Assembly: GCA_964536205.1 (NCBI GenBank)
Contig: CAZHVT010000001.1
Coordinates: 5,944-69,943 of the forward strand
Direction: 5' to 3'
Length of the DNA stretch: 64,000 nucleotides
DNA from: an uncultured Gammaproteobacteria bacterium
GTDB lineage: Bacteria > Patescibacteriota > Patescibacteriia > Magasanikbacterales > GCA-002688135
This document shows, piece by piece, positions 10,424-19,796 of this stretch. The notes beneath the pieces were generated by a model. That model searched no databases. It was not told where the DNA came from and worked only from the letters and a program-made list of their open reading frames with translations. The position numbers and the translations under genes were made by a program. The stretch's first letter is position 1; every line of letters starts with the position of its first letter.

Positions 10424-10710
10424 GGTTCCATTCTCTTGTTTCCAACTCGTGTGATGGTGGGTGTGAAATTGAAGCGGAATGTCTCATAAAAATGCTCTTC
10501 GCAATCCCCGCAATAGAATTGGATTTCCTCTTCAGCATTGCCTTTTGGATAGCTGAGATAGTCATTGTCACCTTCACCCCAATCTGCGGCGGTATTGCAT
10601 GTCGGACAGTGCGATGTAATTATCACACCCCCCATCTGATACTGCTTGATGTCTTCCAAATAAAAATTTTTGATTTCAATTGTTGTTGCAAAGGCACTTT
10701 TGTCTACCAT
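10420..10710 (-). CDS. small zinc-ribbon protein
   Basis: CPTC...CGDC; GAGGAG RBS; ATGA overlap with the NADAR gene. Confidence 0.65.
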   Translation of the reverse strand: MVDKSAFATTIEIKNFYLEDIKQYQMGGVIITSHCPTCNTAADWGEGDNDYLSYPKGNAEEEIQFYCGDCEEHFYETFRFNFTPTITRVGNKRMEP

Positions 10711-10813
10711 GATTCTCTCCTCTTTTTTATGTTAATGAACACGAAACTATACCTTAAAAATCACTATTTGTCAATGGTAGCATAAAAAAAGCCCAGCGTG
10801 TGCTGAGTGTAAG

Positions 10814-11128
10814 TTAATTGCTCAAAATGAGTGAGATGATATGCGGGAGATCGCCGGCGAGATCCGCGATGATGCCATCGTGATCGACAGTTACCACTGT
10901 TCGTACCCACTGCTCCACCTCATGCGCTATCGATGGACGAGACCCGCGCGGAATCTCCATTTGTGTGATCAATTCAACGAGTGCCTTGAGTGTATGCAAC
11001 GCAATGTTCTTGCGGTCTGTTTCACCTCCAAGCGCTGCTATTGATGCTTGTCCGGCGAAATCTGAAATCATCATGAGCGTTGCTTCGTAGCCGGGAAGTT
11101 TCTGACTATGTGTTTGTGGTTGTGGCAT
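10814..11128 (-). CDS. hypothetical protein
   Basis: AGGAGG RBS, own promoter and terminator. Confidence 0.6.
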   Translation of the reverse strand: MPQPQTHSQKLPGYEATLMMISDFAGQASIAALGGETDRKNIALHTLKALVELITQMEIPRGSRPSIAHEVEQWVRTVVTVDHDGIIADLAGDLPHIISLILSN

Positions 11129-11266
11129 TATGCCCTCCTTATAATGATCGTGACCGAACCATACCTCATCACTTACTTCTTGTCAATATTTTTGACGCCT
11201 GCCCTTCGTAGCTTTAGCGAAGAAGGGTCGAAATAAAAAGTGCCCCCGATTTCTCGAGGGCTTTTT

Positions 11267-12400
11267 CTATAACTCGTTTTGTGGCCAAACGTGGCCAGCG
11301 CGGTTCACCTTGATGAGCCATGGTGCGCCTGTGTTGTATTTCCGGAACTCTTCCAGATCATCTGGTTTGTAGTCCCATGTTTTGTCTTTTTCTTGCGAGT
11401 AGAATTTTACCTCGTACTCCCCTTTGTGTGTATTGCGGAGATCGCTCCTGCCGTTTGTTGGAAAATCTGGCCAATGTTCCTCGTGTGTTGTCCCGCCAAC
11501 CACATTTGTTTTGATAACATCCCATTCGTGATAGTCGAATGAACACCACTCATCGTAAACAGGACATTGATCGTAGCACGTGTCGTACTCGGTTCGGTAA
11601 CAGGTGTCGTAGCAGGTCGAACATGTTGTTGTGCAGGATGCATAGCCATTTCCACTAGGTGAGCATGACTCGCGACAATTACAATCATGAGGTCTACAAT
11701 CGTAGCTCACTTGATGAGGATTACAATCGTGCGGATTACATCGTTCGTACTCCTTGAACTTGGTCACACACTTTACATTATGTGCGTCACTTGGCATGTT
11801 TCCATCCCAATCATTGCCATGCTTGAGAAATCGCTGTTCAAGATTTACGGTATGCTCCCAATGAATTCCTGTGACCTCGGCGTTCACTTCATATGGCATG
11901 AAAATCCACAAAAGTAATCCGACTACTAATGCAATGCCGCCGATAATGCTCGCGATTTTTATCATTCGCGTTTTACGCTGTCGCGCAAACTCGAAATCAA
12001 CTTCATAGCGATCAAAAGATGATGTGAAATCATCATTTCTGCGAATCGGCGTTCCTGGTTTCATATCCTGCTCGGGATGATACCGCTTAGTTTCCCGTGC
12101 CTCTGGATGGAAACTATCCATATCTTTTTTTCCGGCGCAGTTACGGCAACTGCCATTGAGATTTCTCTCCTGCGATCCGCAGTACTCGCACACCCAGTTT
12201 GCTCCAGCATTCGCTTCACGCAAACGCTCGGCGTCGGTGACGGATGCAACTTTTGTCGAGTCACCAGGCATGATGTCTTTTTCATCAGCCTCTTTTGGCG
12301 ACCCACAACTCTGACACTGCGTGTGGCGTCCTTTATTCACATGATGACAGCTCGAGCATTCCCATGTCAGCTCGATAATGCGATGCCCTCTGCGTTTCAT
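11267..12400 (-). CDS. membrane-anchored protein with two RanBP2-type zinc fingers and a Cys-rich external domain
   Basis: WECSSC..N..CQSC and WVCEYC..N..CRNC, one TM helix, C-terminal Cys-rich segment; GGAGGG RBS before MKRRG. Confidence 0.8.
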   Translation of the reverse strand: MKRRGHRIIELTWECSSCHHVNKGRHTQCQSCGSPKEADEKDIMPGDSTKVASVTDAERLREANAGANWVCEYCGSQERNLNGSCRNCAGKKDMDSFHPEARETKRYHPEQDMKPGTPIRRNDDFTSSFDRYEVDFEFARQRKTRMIKIASIIGGIALVVGLLLWIFMPYEVNAEVTGIHWEHTVNLEQRFLKHGNDWDGNMPSDAHNVKCVTKFKEYERCNPHDCNPHQVSYDCRPHDCNCRESCSPSGNGYASCTTTCSTCYDTCYRTEYDTCYDQCPVYDEWCSFDYHEWDVIKTNVVGGTTHEEHWPDFPTNGRSDLRNTHKGEYEVKFYSQEKDKTWDYKPDDLEEFRKYNTGAPWLIKVNRAGHVWPQNEL

Positions 12401-12661
12401 GAATCCCTCCATTGCTAAAAGTTTTGCAGAAATACAATTTGAAAGAACATAGTACTATAACATGATATTTCACTTTTGTCAATGTTTATACGCAAAAATT
12501 GATATCTATTGACCTATTGCTGGGTCTATGGTATTATCTTCCGACACAAAAGACTCGCAGCATAGGTGGGCTTCCCACACGTCGGTATGTCAGGTCTAAG
12601 TGTTTATATATAAGAGGTGCTGCTTAATCCTCGGATTATCTGCATCTCGCGAACCGAATCT

Positions 12662-12859
12662 ATGACCGGTACCATTGCAAGAAAAATGGACAAGGGTTAC
12701 GGATTCATCAAATCAGATGAGATGGAAAAAGATCTCTTCTTCCACGCCAAGGAATTGGTTGGAGTAATGTTTGATGAATTGAACGAGGGCGACGCAGTAA
12801 CTTTCGAAGTTGCTGAAGGACCTAAGGGCGCAAACGCTGTGAACGTACAGCGCGCGTAG
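12662..12859 (+). CDS. cold shock domain protein
   Basis: KGYGFI (RNP1), LFFH (RNP2), EGPKGANAVNV. Confidence 0.95.
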   Translation: MTGTIARKMDKGYGFIKSDEMEKDLFFHAKELVGVMFDELNEGDAVTFEVAEGPKGANAVNVQRA

Positions 12860-12870
12860 TAACCGTCCCA

Positions 12871-12900
12871 AAAACCACTCTTTACGAGTGGTTTTTGTTT
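12871..12900 (+). terminator. intrinsic terminator of the csp gene
   Basis: AAAACCACTC-TTTAC-GAGTGGTTTT hairpin with T tract. Confidence 0.75.
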
Positions 12901-12948
12901 TGCAATTTAAAAATCCCCTTTTTGGGGGATTAAGCGCTACTTGATGTA

Positions 12949-13332
12949 CTAGTTGGCGTTTTCTTGCCCTGTTTCGCCCTGGGGAATGAGAAGGCTACGC
13001 AACTTGGCTTGCATGCGATACATCATGGCGAGTGCAGCCCAGAATTTGTGATCCTCCGCGTGATCGTCACTTATGTCTTTCAACCATGACTCAACCTTCA
13101 ACTCAAGATAGCTCGTCATGTAGGTAACCTTCGCTTTGTCAGCTACTGACAGACTCCCCACCAATGCAGGATCTCCGAATATATCTCCAGTCTGTCTCAG
13201 GGGATAAATAATGTCTCCCACAGTACCTAACACTTCAGAATCTCCAGAATCGAGAATTTCACGAGTCAATGCATCAACTTCTGTTTCCGTTCTTTTGAGA
13301 AGTACGACGAGTAGTGCGTTTGGTTCATCCAT
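12949..13332 (-). CDS. hypothetical protein
   Basis: GGAGG RBS, downstream hairpin terminator. Confidence 0.6.
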   Translation of the reverse strand: MDEPNALLVVLLKRTETEVDALTREILDSGDSEVLGTVGDIIYPLRQTGDIFGDPALVGSLSVADKAKVTYMTSYLELKVESWLKDISDDHAEDHKFWAALAMMYRMQAKLRSLLIPQGETGQENAN

Positions 13333-13450
13333 TATGTCCTCCGTTTGAATGAGCGTACACTATTACATCATACCCGTTCGGATTAATCAATTATTGACAC
13401 TTTAACCATCTTTTGATACATTCTTCTCATCGCTCATAAAAGGAGGCATC

Positions 13451-13744
13451 GTGCACTTTGCCACGTTTCAACAAACAATCGCTGTAAACTTCGAAGATCC
13501 GCACAATTTTCGTGATCTGACTGACATGACCGGATTCAACTTTCCTTTGTTTTCGGCCGAACTTTCTCATCGACAATTTGGTCGATTTGAGATTCGCGTT
13601 GCAGAGGCTTCTCGTCGATATTGGAATGCATGGATTGAGCGCGCAGTGCTCGGAACACGCAATCTCCGTATTAACGGCGCACGATCTATCGATATTGCAC
13701 TTACTTCGTTCATTCCGATTGTTCAATCGCATTTGATTGATTGA
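13451..13744 (+). CDS. hypothetical protein
   Basis: AGGAGG RBS at 13441 before GTG; upstream TTGACA; terminator CCGCATGTC-TACA-GACATGCGG plus T tract. Confidence 0.6.
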   Translation: MHFATFQQTIAVNFEDPHNFRDLTDMTGFNFPLFSAELSHRQFGRFEIRVAEASRRYWNAWIERAVLGTRNLRINGARSIDIALTSFIPIVQSHLID

Positions 13745-13824
13745 AATTCATCCGCATGTCTACAGACATGCGGTTTTTTTGATGTGAATATGTTTTTTGC
13801 TAAAATTGGTCACCAACTTATCTT

Positions 13825-13929
13825 ATTTCCACATCACCTTGTCTTTATCCACATCTATGCACACCTTTGTGGATAACATGTGGAAGTTATGCACATATCC
13901 ACAGATTGTGTGCATAACCATGTGTATTG
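13825..13929. promoter_or_regulatory. DnaA-box cluster
   Basis: TTATCCACA 13845, TGTGGATAA 13868, TTATGCACA 13887, TGTGCATAA 13909 plus near matches. Confidence 0.75.
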
Positions 13930-13999
13930 TTTGTGATTACACACAGTTTTAAATTCAATGTCCAACTTCTCTGCAACTAATTTAAGTAAAAAAGCTACG

Positions 14000-14028
14000 T
14001 TGACAAAACCGGTTTTTCATGTTATACT
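14000..14028 (+). promoter_or_regulatory. sigma70 promoter
   Basis: TTGACA-17 bp-TATACT. Confidence 0.75.
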
Positions 14029-15054
14029 GTTTATGTAACTGAGATGACCGTTTGCACACCACTTACGCATCCGCGTTACCCATCATGTACAGTTAGCACC
14101 ACCACTACCAACTGTATATACCACTACAACCACTTAGTTCATTCATGGGCCTGTCGCACCTGCGATAGACCTACAATCAAATCTTCCTCGTTCACTCGTT
14201 GGGAGAATTGGGTTTAACCTCTTTCTCCATCACTCTGCTCTGCTTTATGCTTACGTATATACCAAACAGGACACTGTGTGGCATACTCATAAGCTTGGGA
14301 ACCTCTTTTAGATGGATCTCCCGTGGCTTGGGTAGGATGATGAGGTAAGTCACTCGGAAAATCCAGGAGAGTTATGTTGCAGATGCGTATAGCATGAGAT
14401 GTCTCATGTCGTACTATACGCGTCTGCAGGTACTCGTCGATTATCCGAAGGGGGTACTGCAGGCTTTAAGCAACACTGTAAGGCTGTCGCAGACCCCTCT
14501 TTTTTTTGCTTAAAACCAGAAATCTCCGATTTCGTAAGTTTTAAGTATTCCCGAGGCCTACCACAATTTTGAAAATATTACGCGTATCGCATACCACTTA
14601 GTCAGAAGAATGCACAGATGAACCTAGCCGTGTGGAACAAAGCAAGAGGCGAGCTGAGGATTTTTACCAAGACTAATACGCCTCCATCGTATTCCCTTCG
14701 AAATTTCTGATTGCCTTAATTTTCTTGGACGCATCCGAAGCCTATCAAGCAGATTTTTAACACCACATAATGTGGTTTTTTTATTTCTCTAAAAAATGCG
14801 GATGTGCCTGGCTTCTGGTGCGATAGATACTGAATTCCGTATTTACCATTACACCCACCTAACAAGAGCATTCACCATCCAAGAAATACAGCATCATCAG
14901 CACCAAGATCTAAGAGAGCAAATCTTCACCCACAACAATTTATTATATATTTTGTCACAAAAACCCCAACAAAAAAGTAAATTATTATCCCCAAACCAAC
15001 TTGACATAGCCCCTATTTCGGAGGATAATGATTTCATAATTTTGATATAGAAAT

Positions 15055-15435
15055 ATGGCTGGACACACAAAAACATTTGTTAAAAAAATGAATGAGCAAC
15101 TTCTTGAGGAAGAAACTCGATTGAAGTTTGAATTGGGTCAAATTGCTGATCCTCAAGCTGAAGGTGGAAGTGAATATGAAACTCGTTTCCCGCAATATGG
15201 AGATTCTGAAGAAGATAATGCCGCAGAAGTTGAGGATTTTAGTCATAACATTGCGATGAAGGGTACATTAACCAAAGAACTAGCGGATGTTCAGAAAACC
15301 CTCAAAAGGCTCGATTCTGGCGATTATGGTATTTGCAAGTATTGTGAGCAACCCATAGAGGAAAAGCGCTTAGAGGCGCGTCCTACGTCTAATTCTTGTG
15401 TTGCGTGCAAGAAGGCCTTAAAACAAGAGATTTAA
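15055..15435 (+). CDS. DksA/TraR C4-type zinc finger protein
   Basis: YGICKYC..I..KRLEARP...CVAC; acidic coiled-coil tip GDSEEDNAAE. Confidence 0.9.
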   Translation: MAGHTKTFVKKMNEQLLEEETRLKFELGQIADPQAEGGSEYETRFPQYGDSEEDNAAEVEDFSHNIAMKGTLTKELADVQKTLKRLDSGDYGICKYCEQPIEEKRLEARPTSNSCVACKKALKQEI

Positions 15436-15605
15436 TCTTTTCAAATGACAAGTGGTCATCGCACTAATAATTGTCACCCAACTGCAGCGATCCTTTTCTA
15501 CTAAACACCCTTAAAGCTTGTCGGCGATGCACCTACATCTCCTCCTCGCTTATTCGGCTCTTTAGCGAAAAACTATCACTACATTTGAATAACACTATTA
15601 CTGTG

Positions 15606-16055
15606 ATGACCACTAAAAAAAAAGCGACATATTTATTTATAGTGTCGTTTTTTTTGTTGATTGTTGATCGTGCGCTCAAAATGTTTGCGATGCGCGACAA
15701 TATTCGTGTATTAATTGAGAATAGATTGCATATTAGATTGTTTGAGAATGATCGTATTGCATTTTCATTACCAGTCTCGTGGGGGCCTTTTTTGTCTGGC
15801 ATTGCAATTATGATTATGATATTTGTTCTTATCAAAGCCTATCGTACGTATCGTGAGTATTATTATGTTGATGCTGTACTTTGGTTGATGATTTTCTTGG
15901 GAGCAGCTTCAAATATTTATGATCGCTTGGTGCACGGATTTGTGATTGATTATATTCATTTACTTCCTGCTTCGTATTTTAATATTGCGGATGTGTTTAT
16001 TGGAGTTGGAATTATTGCGTTGATGTTTATGAAGCCTAAAGTTTGTAGGGTATGA
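15606..16055 (+). CDS. lspA: lipoprotein signal peptidase II
   Basis: DRALK, N.IAFS, GAASNIYDR, GFVIDY, FNIADVFI. Confidence 0.9.
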   Translation: MTTKKKATYLFIVSFFLLIVDRALKMFAMRDNIRVLIENRLHIRLFENDRIAFSLPVSWGPFLSGIAIMIMIFVLIKAYRTYREYYYVDAVLWLMIFLGAASNIYDRLVHGFVIDYIHLLPASYFNIADVFIGVGIIALMFMKPKVCRV

Positions 16056-17248
16056 AGTACATAGTTCAAGTTGGGAGAGAGCCGGCCCTAGCGGTTTCAG
16101 AGGTTCTCACACTCGCCGAAACATTTAATAAACAAGTTACCATGTCGTGGGTTCACGATTCTTTAGTTTGTTTTGAAGCGGATTCTGCGTGTGATTTTAT
16201 GACGACTGATCGACTTGGTGGTGCTTTGAAAGTTATTGAGCCTCTTGAATATGTTGATGATGTTCATACTGCGATAGTTGAGCATGTTTTGAAAACTGAA
16301 GGTAAAATTACGTTTGGGATTAGTTCGTGGATTGATGATGATCGACTAGCGCCGCAACACCTTTGTCCTGCAATTAAATCTGAATTGCGGGATCATGATC
16401 GTTCTGCGCGATTTATATTGCCAAAGAAAAAGCAGTTGGATGCTGCTGCAATTATTCATAGTGATATTTTGAAATCTGGTGGTGAGTTTCATATTATCCC
16501 GGAGGGTGACAAGATTTTGTTAGGACGATCGACGTCAGTCCATGATATAGATGCGTGGAGTACACGTGATTTTGAAAAGCCTGCACGCGATGCAAAACGT
16601 GGCATGTTGCCACCAAAGTTAGCGCGTACGATGGTGAATTTGAGTGGGATTTCTTCAGGAACTATTTTGGATCCGTTTTGTGGGACAGGAACTGTTTCTA
16701 TGGAAGCGTCGTTATTAGGATTTGATGGGATTGCGTCTGATGCAGACCCAGAAGCTATTGAAGCAACAAAACAGAATATTGAGTGGCTTTCCTCTGTCAT
16801 CCCGAATATGATTGTCATTCCCGCGAAGGCGGGAACCCATGTAGAAATACTGCAAAGTGATGCGCGCGACGTAGCACGCCGAATTAAAAAGGATGTTGAT
16901 GCAATTGTTACAGAACCATTTCTCGGCAATCCAAAAAAACTTACACATGCACAACGAGAAGAACATGCATTAGGAATTGCGGATTTGTATGCTGATGCTT
17001 TAAAAAATTGGACGAAATTTCTCGAAAAGGGAGCGAGGGTTGTGATGGTAATTCCATTGTACGTAACAAAAAAGGGATTAGTGGCAATCCCGATTCATGA
17101 TAAAATTTCTACATTAGGTTACGAAGTTATCGAGCCGCCGACTAAACCTATTTCGCTCGATGACCAACTCTCTCCTGCTGGTAATCTCCTCTACGGCCGC
17201 GATGATCAACGCGTGCTCCGCGAAATTATTTTGTTACGCAGAAATTAA
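16052..17248 (+). CDS. Trm11-like SAM-dependent RNA methyltransferase
   Basis: RGMLPPKLARTMVN, LDPFCGTGT, IVTEPFLG. Confidence 0.8.
   Translation: MKYIVQVGREPALAVSEVLTLAETFNKQVTMSWVHDSLVCFEADSACDFMTTDRLGGALKVIEPLEYVDDVHTAIVEHVLKTEGKITFGISSWIDDDRLAPQHLCPAIKSELRDHDRSARFILPKKKQLDAAAIIHSDILKSGGEFHIIPEGDKILLGRSTSVHDIDAWSTRDFEKPARDAKRGMLPPKLARTMVNLSGISSGTILDPFCGTGTVSMEASLLGFDGIASDADPEAIEATKQNIEWLSSVIPNMIVIPAKAGTHVEILQSDARDVARRIKKDVDAIVTEPFLGNPKKLTHAQREEHALGIADLYADALKNWTKFLEKGARVVMVIPLYVTKKGLVAIPIHDKISTLGYEVIEPPTKPISLDDQLSPAGNLLYGRDDQRVLREIILLRRN
16814..16838. repeat. REP/RPE-like palindrome in frame within a CDS
   Basis: GTCATTCCCGCGAAGGCGGGAACCC, near-identical to the intergenic copy at 19771-19795. 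Confidence 0.8.
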
Positions 17249-18192
17249 GCAACCTCGTCAATATCTTCTGGTTTCACTGGTTTTCTCTCTTGCGTTGCTG
17301 CATGCGGATCTATAGTATCTTTTTGAACCGCTTCCAGTGATGGAAGTGTTTTTTCTGTGCCGTCATATTCTACTGTATCATCGATAGGATTTACTGCAGC
17401 TACCGTTTCTCCTGTCTCATCAACCTCACCTGTAATTGCCAAAAGATCTCGTGCAACTGTGTCGTCAGTTGGAGATACATGCTCAAGCGTAGGCTCTTCT
17501 CCTGTGAACCTTTCCGTCCCTGCTCTTTCTGACCGTCTTGAAAATGTTGGTTGGGTCACCGCTAGTTTTAATGTTTCCTCTGGATCACTGTGGGTTTCTA
17601 ACATTCGCTGTTCTAATATTGCAAACTCTCCCATTAATCCCTCGATCTTTGCTCGAAAGGCTTTCAGTTTTTCTGGTTCAACACTTTTACCTTCCAGAAT
17701 TTCATCACTTGTTTCAGCTCGTGCATCATCAATTGATTCCTCATACTCATTAGTAACCTCTTCAAATTCTGTTTTCCACTGTCTAAATACTCCTTCTAAT
17801 TGAGCATCTCTATCCTCAAGTACATTTGCTGCAAAAGTCATTTCATCATCACTCTCATCTGATACCACATGCAATTCACCATACTTTTCCTTTATATATG
17901 TTGCTCTTATGACCAACAAAGAAACAAGCCTGCTCGCCTTCACTTGTAAGCGTGCAATATCGACCAACGATATTTTGTCCTTTGCGAGAACCTCCTCAAC
18001 ATCATTAAACTGCGTTTCCCTTTCAGTAAACGTACTCTCAATTAATTCTTCAATGCGCTCAATTTTCTTTTTTCGTTCTTCGGGTGAATCCTGCTCCACC
18101 TCTTCTGGTTGTTCTTCTTTCGGTTCAGAAAACTCGACCTCTTTCTTATTTCTTCTTGCTAGATACTCATCTATTTTTTTAAAAAATCCCAT
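17245..18192 (-). CDS. acidic coiled-coil hypothetical protein
   Basis: Glu-rich ORF starting MGFFKK just after the ychF stop. Confidence 0.7.
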   Translation of the reverse strand: MGFFKKIDEYLARRNKKEVEFSEPKEEQPEEVEQDSPEERKKKIERIEELIESTFTERETQFNDVEEVLAKDKISLVDIARLQVKASRLVSLLVIRATYIKEKYGELHVVSDESDDEMTFAANVLEDRDAQLEGVFRQWKTEFEEVTNEYEESIDDARAETSDEILEGKSVEPEKLKAFRAKIEGLMGEFAILEQRMLETHSDPEETLKLAVTQPTFSRRSERAGTERFTGEEPTLEHVSPTDDTVARDLLAITGEVDETGETVAAVNPIDDTVEYDGTEKTLPSLEAVQKDTIDPHAATQERKPVKPEDIDEVA

Positions 18193-18193
18193 A

Positions 18194-19252
18194 TTATCCT
18201 CCAATTTTAAATACACATACATCTCCATCTTGCATGACATATGTTTTTCCTTCAAGTCGAACCTTTCCCACTTCTTTTAATCCACCCCATCCGTTGTGTT
18301 CTACAAAATCATCGTATGTTGCGATTTCTGCCGCGATGAATTTCTTCTCAAAATCTCCATGGATTTTTCCGGCTGCTTGCGGCGCAGCTGTTCCTTTTTG
18401 GATTTTCCATGCGCGGGATTCAAGCTCTCCAGATGTGAGATACGTCATAAGATTCAATAATTCTTGTCCTGTTTTTATAACGCGAACCAACCCGCTTTCC
18501 TCCATTCCCAAATCGCTCATGAATTCTTTGGCTTCTTCTGCTGATAATTCTGAAAGTTCTGCTTCGATTTTTGCAGAGATTTTTACGATGGGGCAATTAA
18601 ATGTTCCCTTCAAATCTTCATCCTCGCCCTCGTCAGTGTTTTGGATAATGAAGTATGGTTTTGCGGTTAGTAAACTGAGTTCTTGGGCGAGATATTTTTC
18701 ATCTTCTTCAATTGCATCGATGATTGCTTTGCCTTGATCAAGTCGCGCTTTAAATTTCTCTAAAATGGAAAGGTCTTTCTCGAGTTCTTTGCTTGATCCT
18801 GCTTTCATGTTGCTTTTTGTTTTTTCAAGGCGTTTTTGTACGGTAGCGAGATCTGCCATGGCGAGTTCTATCATAATGACATCTAAATCGTTTTCCGGGT
18901 CGACGTCGCCGTGAACATGCATGACATCTTTATCTGTGAATGCGCGGATGACATGAGCTATCGCATCGACTTCGCGGATGTGTGCGAGAAATTGATTTCC
19001 CAATCCCTCACCTTCTGATGCACCTTTTACTAATCCGGCGATATCTACAAATTCAATTGTTGATGGGACGATTTTTTGTGATTGTGAAATTTCTGCGAGT
19101 TTGTCGAGGCGTTCGTCTGGAACATCAACAATACCGACTGATGGGTCGATTGTTGCGAATGCATAATTTGCAATCAATGTTTGTTTTTTGGTAAGAGCTT
19201 TGAATAAGGTTGATTTCCCTACATTCGGCAGCCCGACAATTCCAATTTTCAT
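18194..19252 (-). CDS. ychF: redox-regulated ATPase YchF
   Basis: GIVGLPNVGKST, DIAGLVKGASEGEGLGNQFL, TGS domain. Confidence 0.97.
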   Translation of the reverse strand: MKIGIVGLPNVGKSTLFKALTKKQTLIANYAFATIDPSVGIVDVPDERLDKLAEISQSQKIVPSTIEFVDIAGLVKGASEGEGLGNQFLAHIREVDAIAHVIRAFTDKDVMHVHGDVDPENDLDVIMIELAMADLATVQKRLEKTKSNMKAGSSKELEKDLSILEKFKARLDQGKAIIDAIEEDEKYLAQELSLLTAKPYFIIQNTDEGEDEDLKGTFNCPIVKISAKIEAELSELSAEEAKEFMSDLGMEESGLVRVIKTGQELLNLMTYLTSGELESRAWKIQKGTAAPQAAGKIHGDFEKKFIAAEIATYDDFVEHNGWGGLKEVGKVRLEGKTYVMQDGDVCVFKIGG

Positions 19253-19319
19253 AGATGAGGATTGTAGCATTTTTGCTCGTCTACATCAAGATTCTAAAAA
19301 CGCCCTTGCGGGCGATGTT

Positions 19320-19763
19320 TTAGAGTTTTTTGAGTGCTTCGATTTGGGAGTCTTCGAGGTGTATTACTGGGCGTTTTGATTGTACTTCTGCAATTGCTTC
19401 GTCCACCGACATCCCTGTGCTGATGAGATATGCTGCGACTAATGTTGGTGCGCGACCATGCCCGTTTTTGCAATGTACATATACTTTTTCATTTTGTCCG
19501 ACCAGCGATGCAATCATATCTACACCTGATTTGATTTGTGATGGATTTGGCGGCGTGTGATCTACTGTCGGAAGCCAGAGAAATAAATCAACTCCGTATG
19601 GCGCATCCAAATGTTCTTTTTCTAGTGAGATGTCAGATTTTACTCCGTTTGCTAATAACTCATCTTTGAAATGATCTACGCAACATGCGTTTGTTCCGAG
19701 ATAAATGTGGTCTGTGATTTGATTGTACTCAAAATCTGGCTGGCCTTCTTCGTGTGCTTTCAT
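19320..19763 (-). CDS. dual-specificity protein phosphatase family
   Basis: VYVHCKNGHGRA CX5R motif, AAYLI. Confidence 0.9.
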   Translation of the reverse strand: MKAHEEGQPDFEYNQITDHIYLGTNACCVDHFKDELLANGVKSDISLEKEHLDAPYGVDLFLWLPTVDHTPPNPSQIKSGVDMIASLVGQNEKVYVHCKNGHGRAPTLVAAYLISTGMSVDEAIAEVQSKRPVIHLEDSQIEALKKL

Positions 19764-19770
19764 ATATATT

Positions 19771-19795
19771 GTCATTCCCGCGAAGGCGGGGACCC
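19771..19795. repeat. REP/RPE-like palindrome
   Basis: GTCATTCCCGCGAAGGCGGGGACCC. Confidence 0.8.
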
Positions 19796-19796
19796 A

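Noticed and set aside
113-13744. Integron cassette array or prophage explaining the many small genes
   Set aside because: No integrase, attC-like repeats or virion genes; the genes carry their own promoters and terminators and are interspersed with core genes
14796-15050. 84-aa ORF upstream of the DksA/TraR gene
   Set aside because: No RBS, overlaps the predicted promoter, no recognisable motifs
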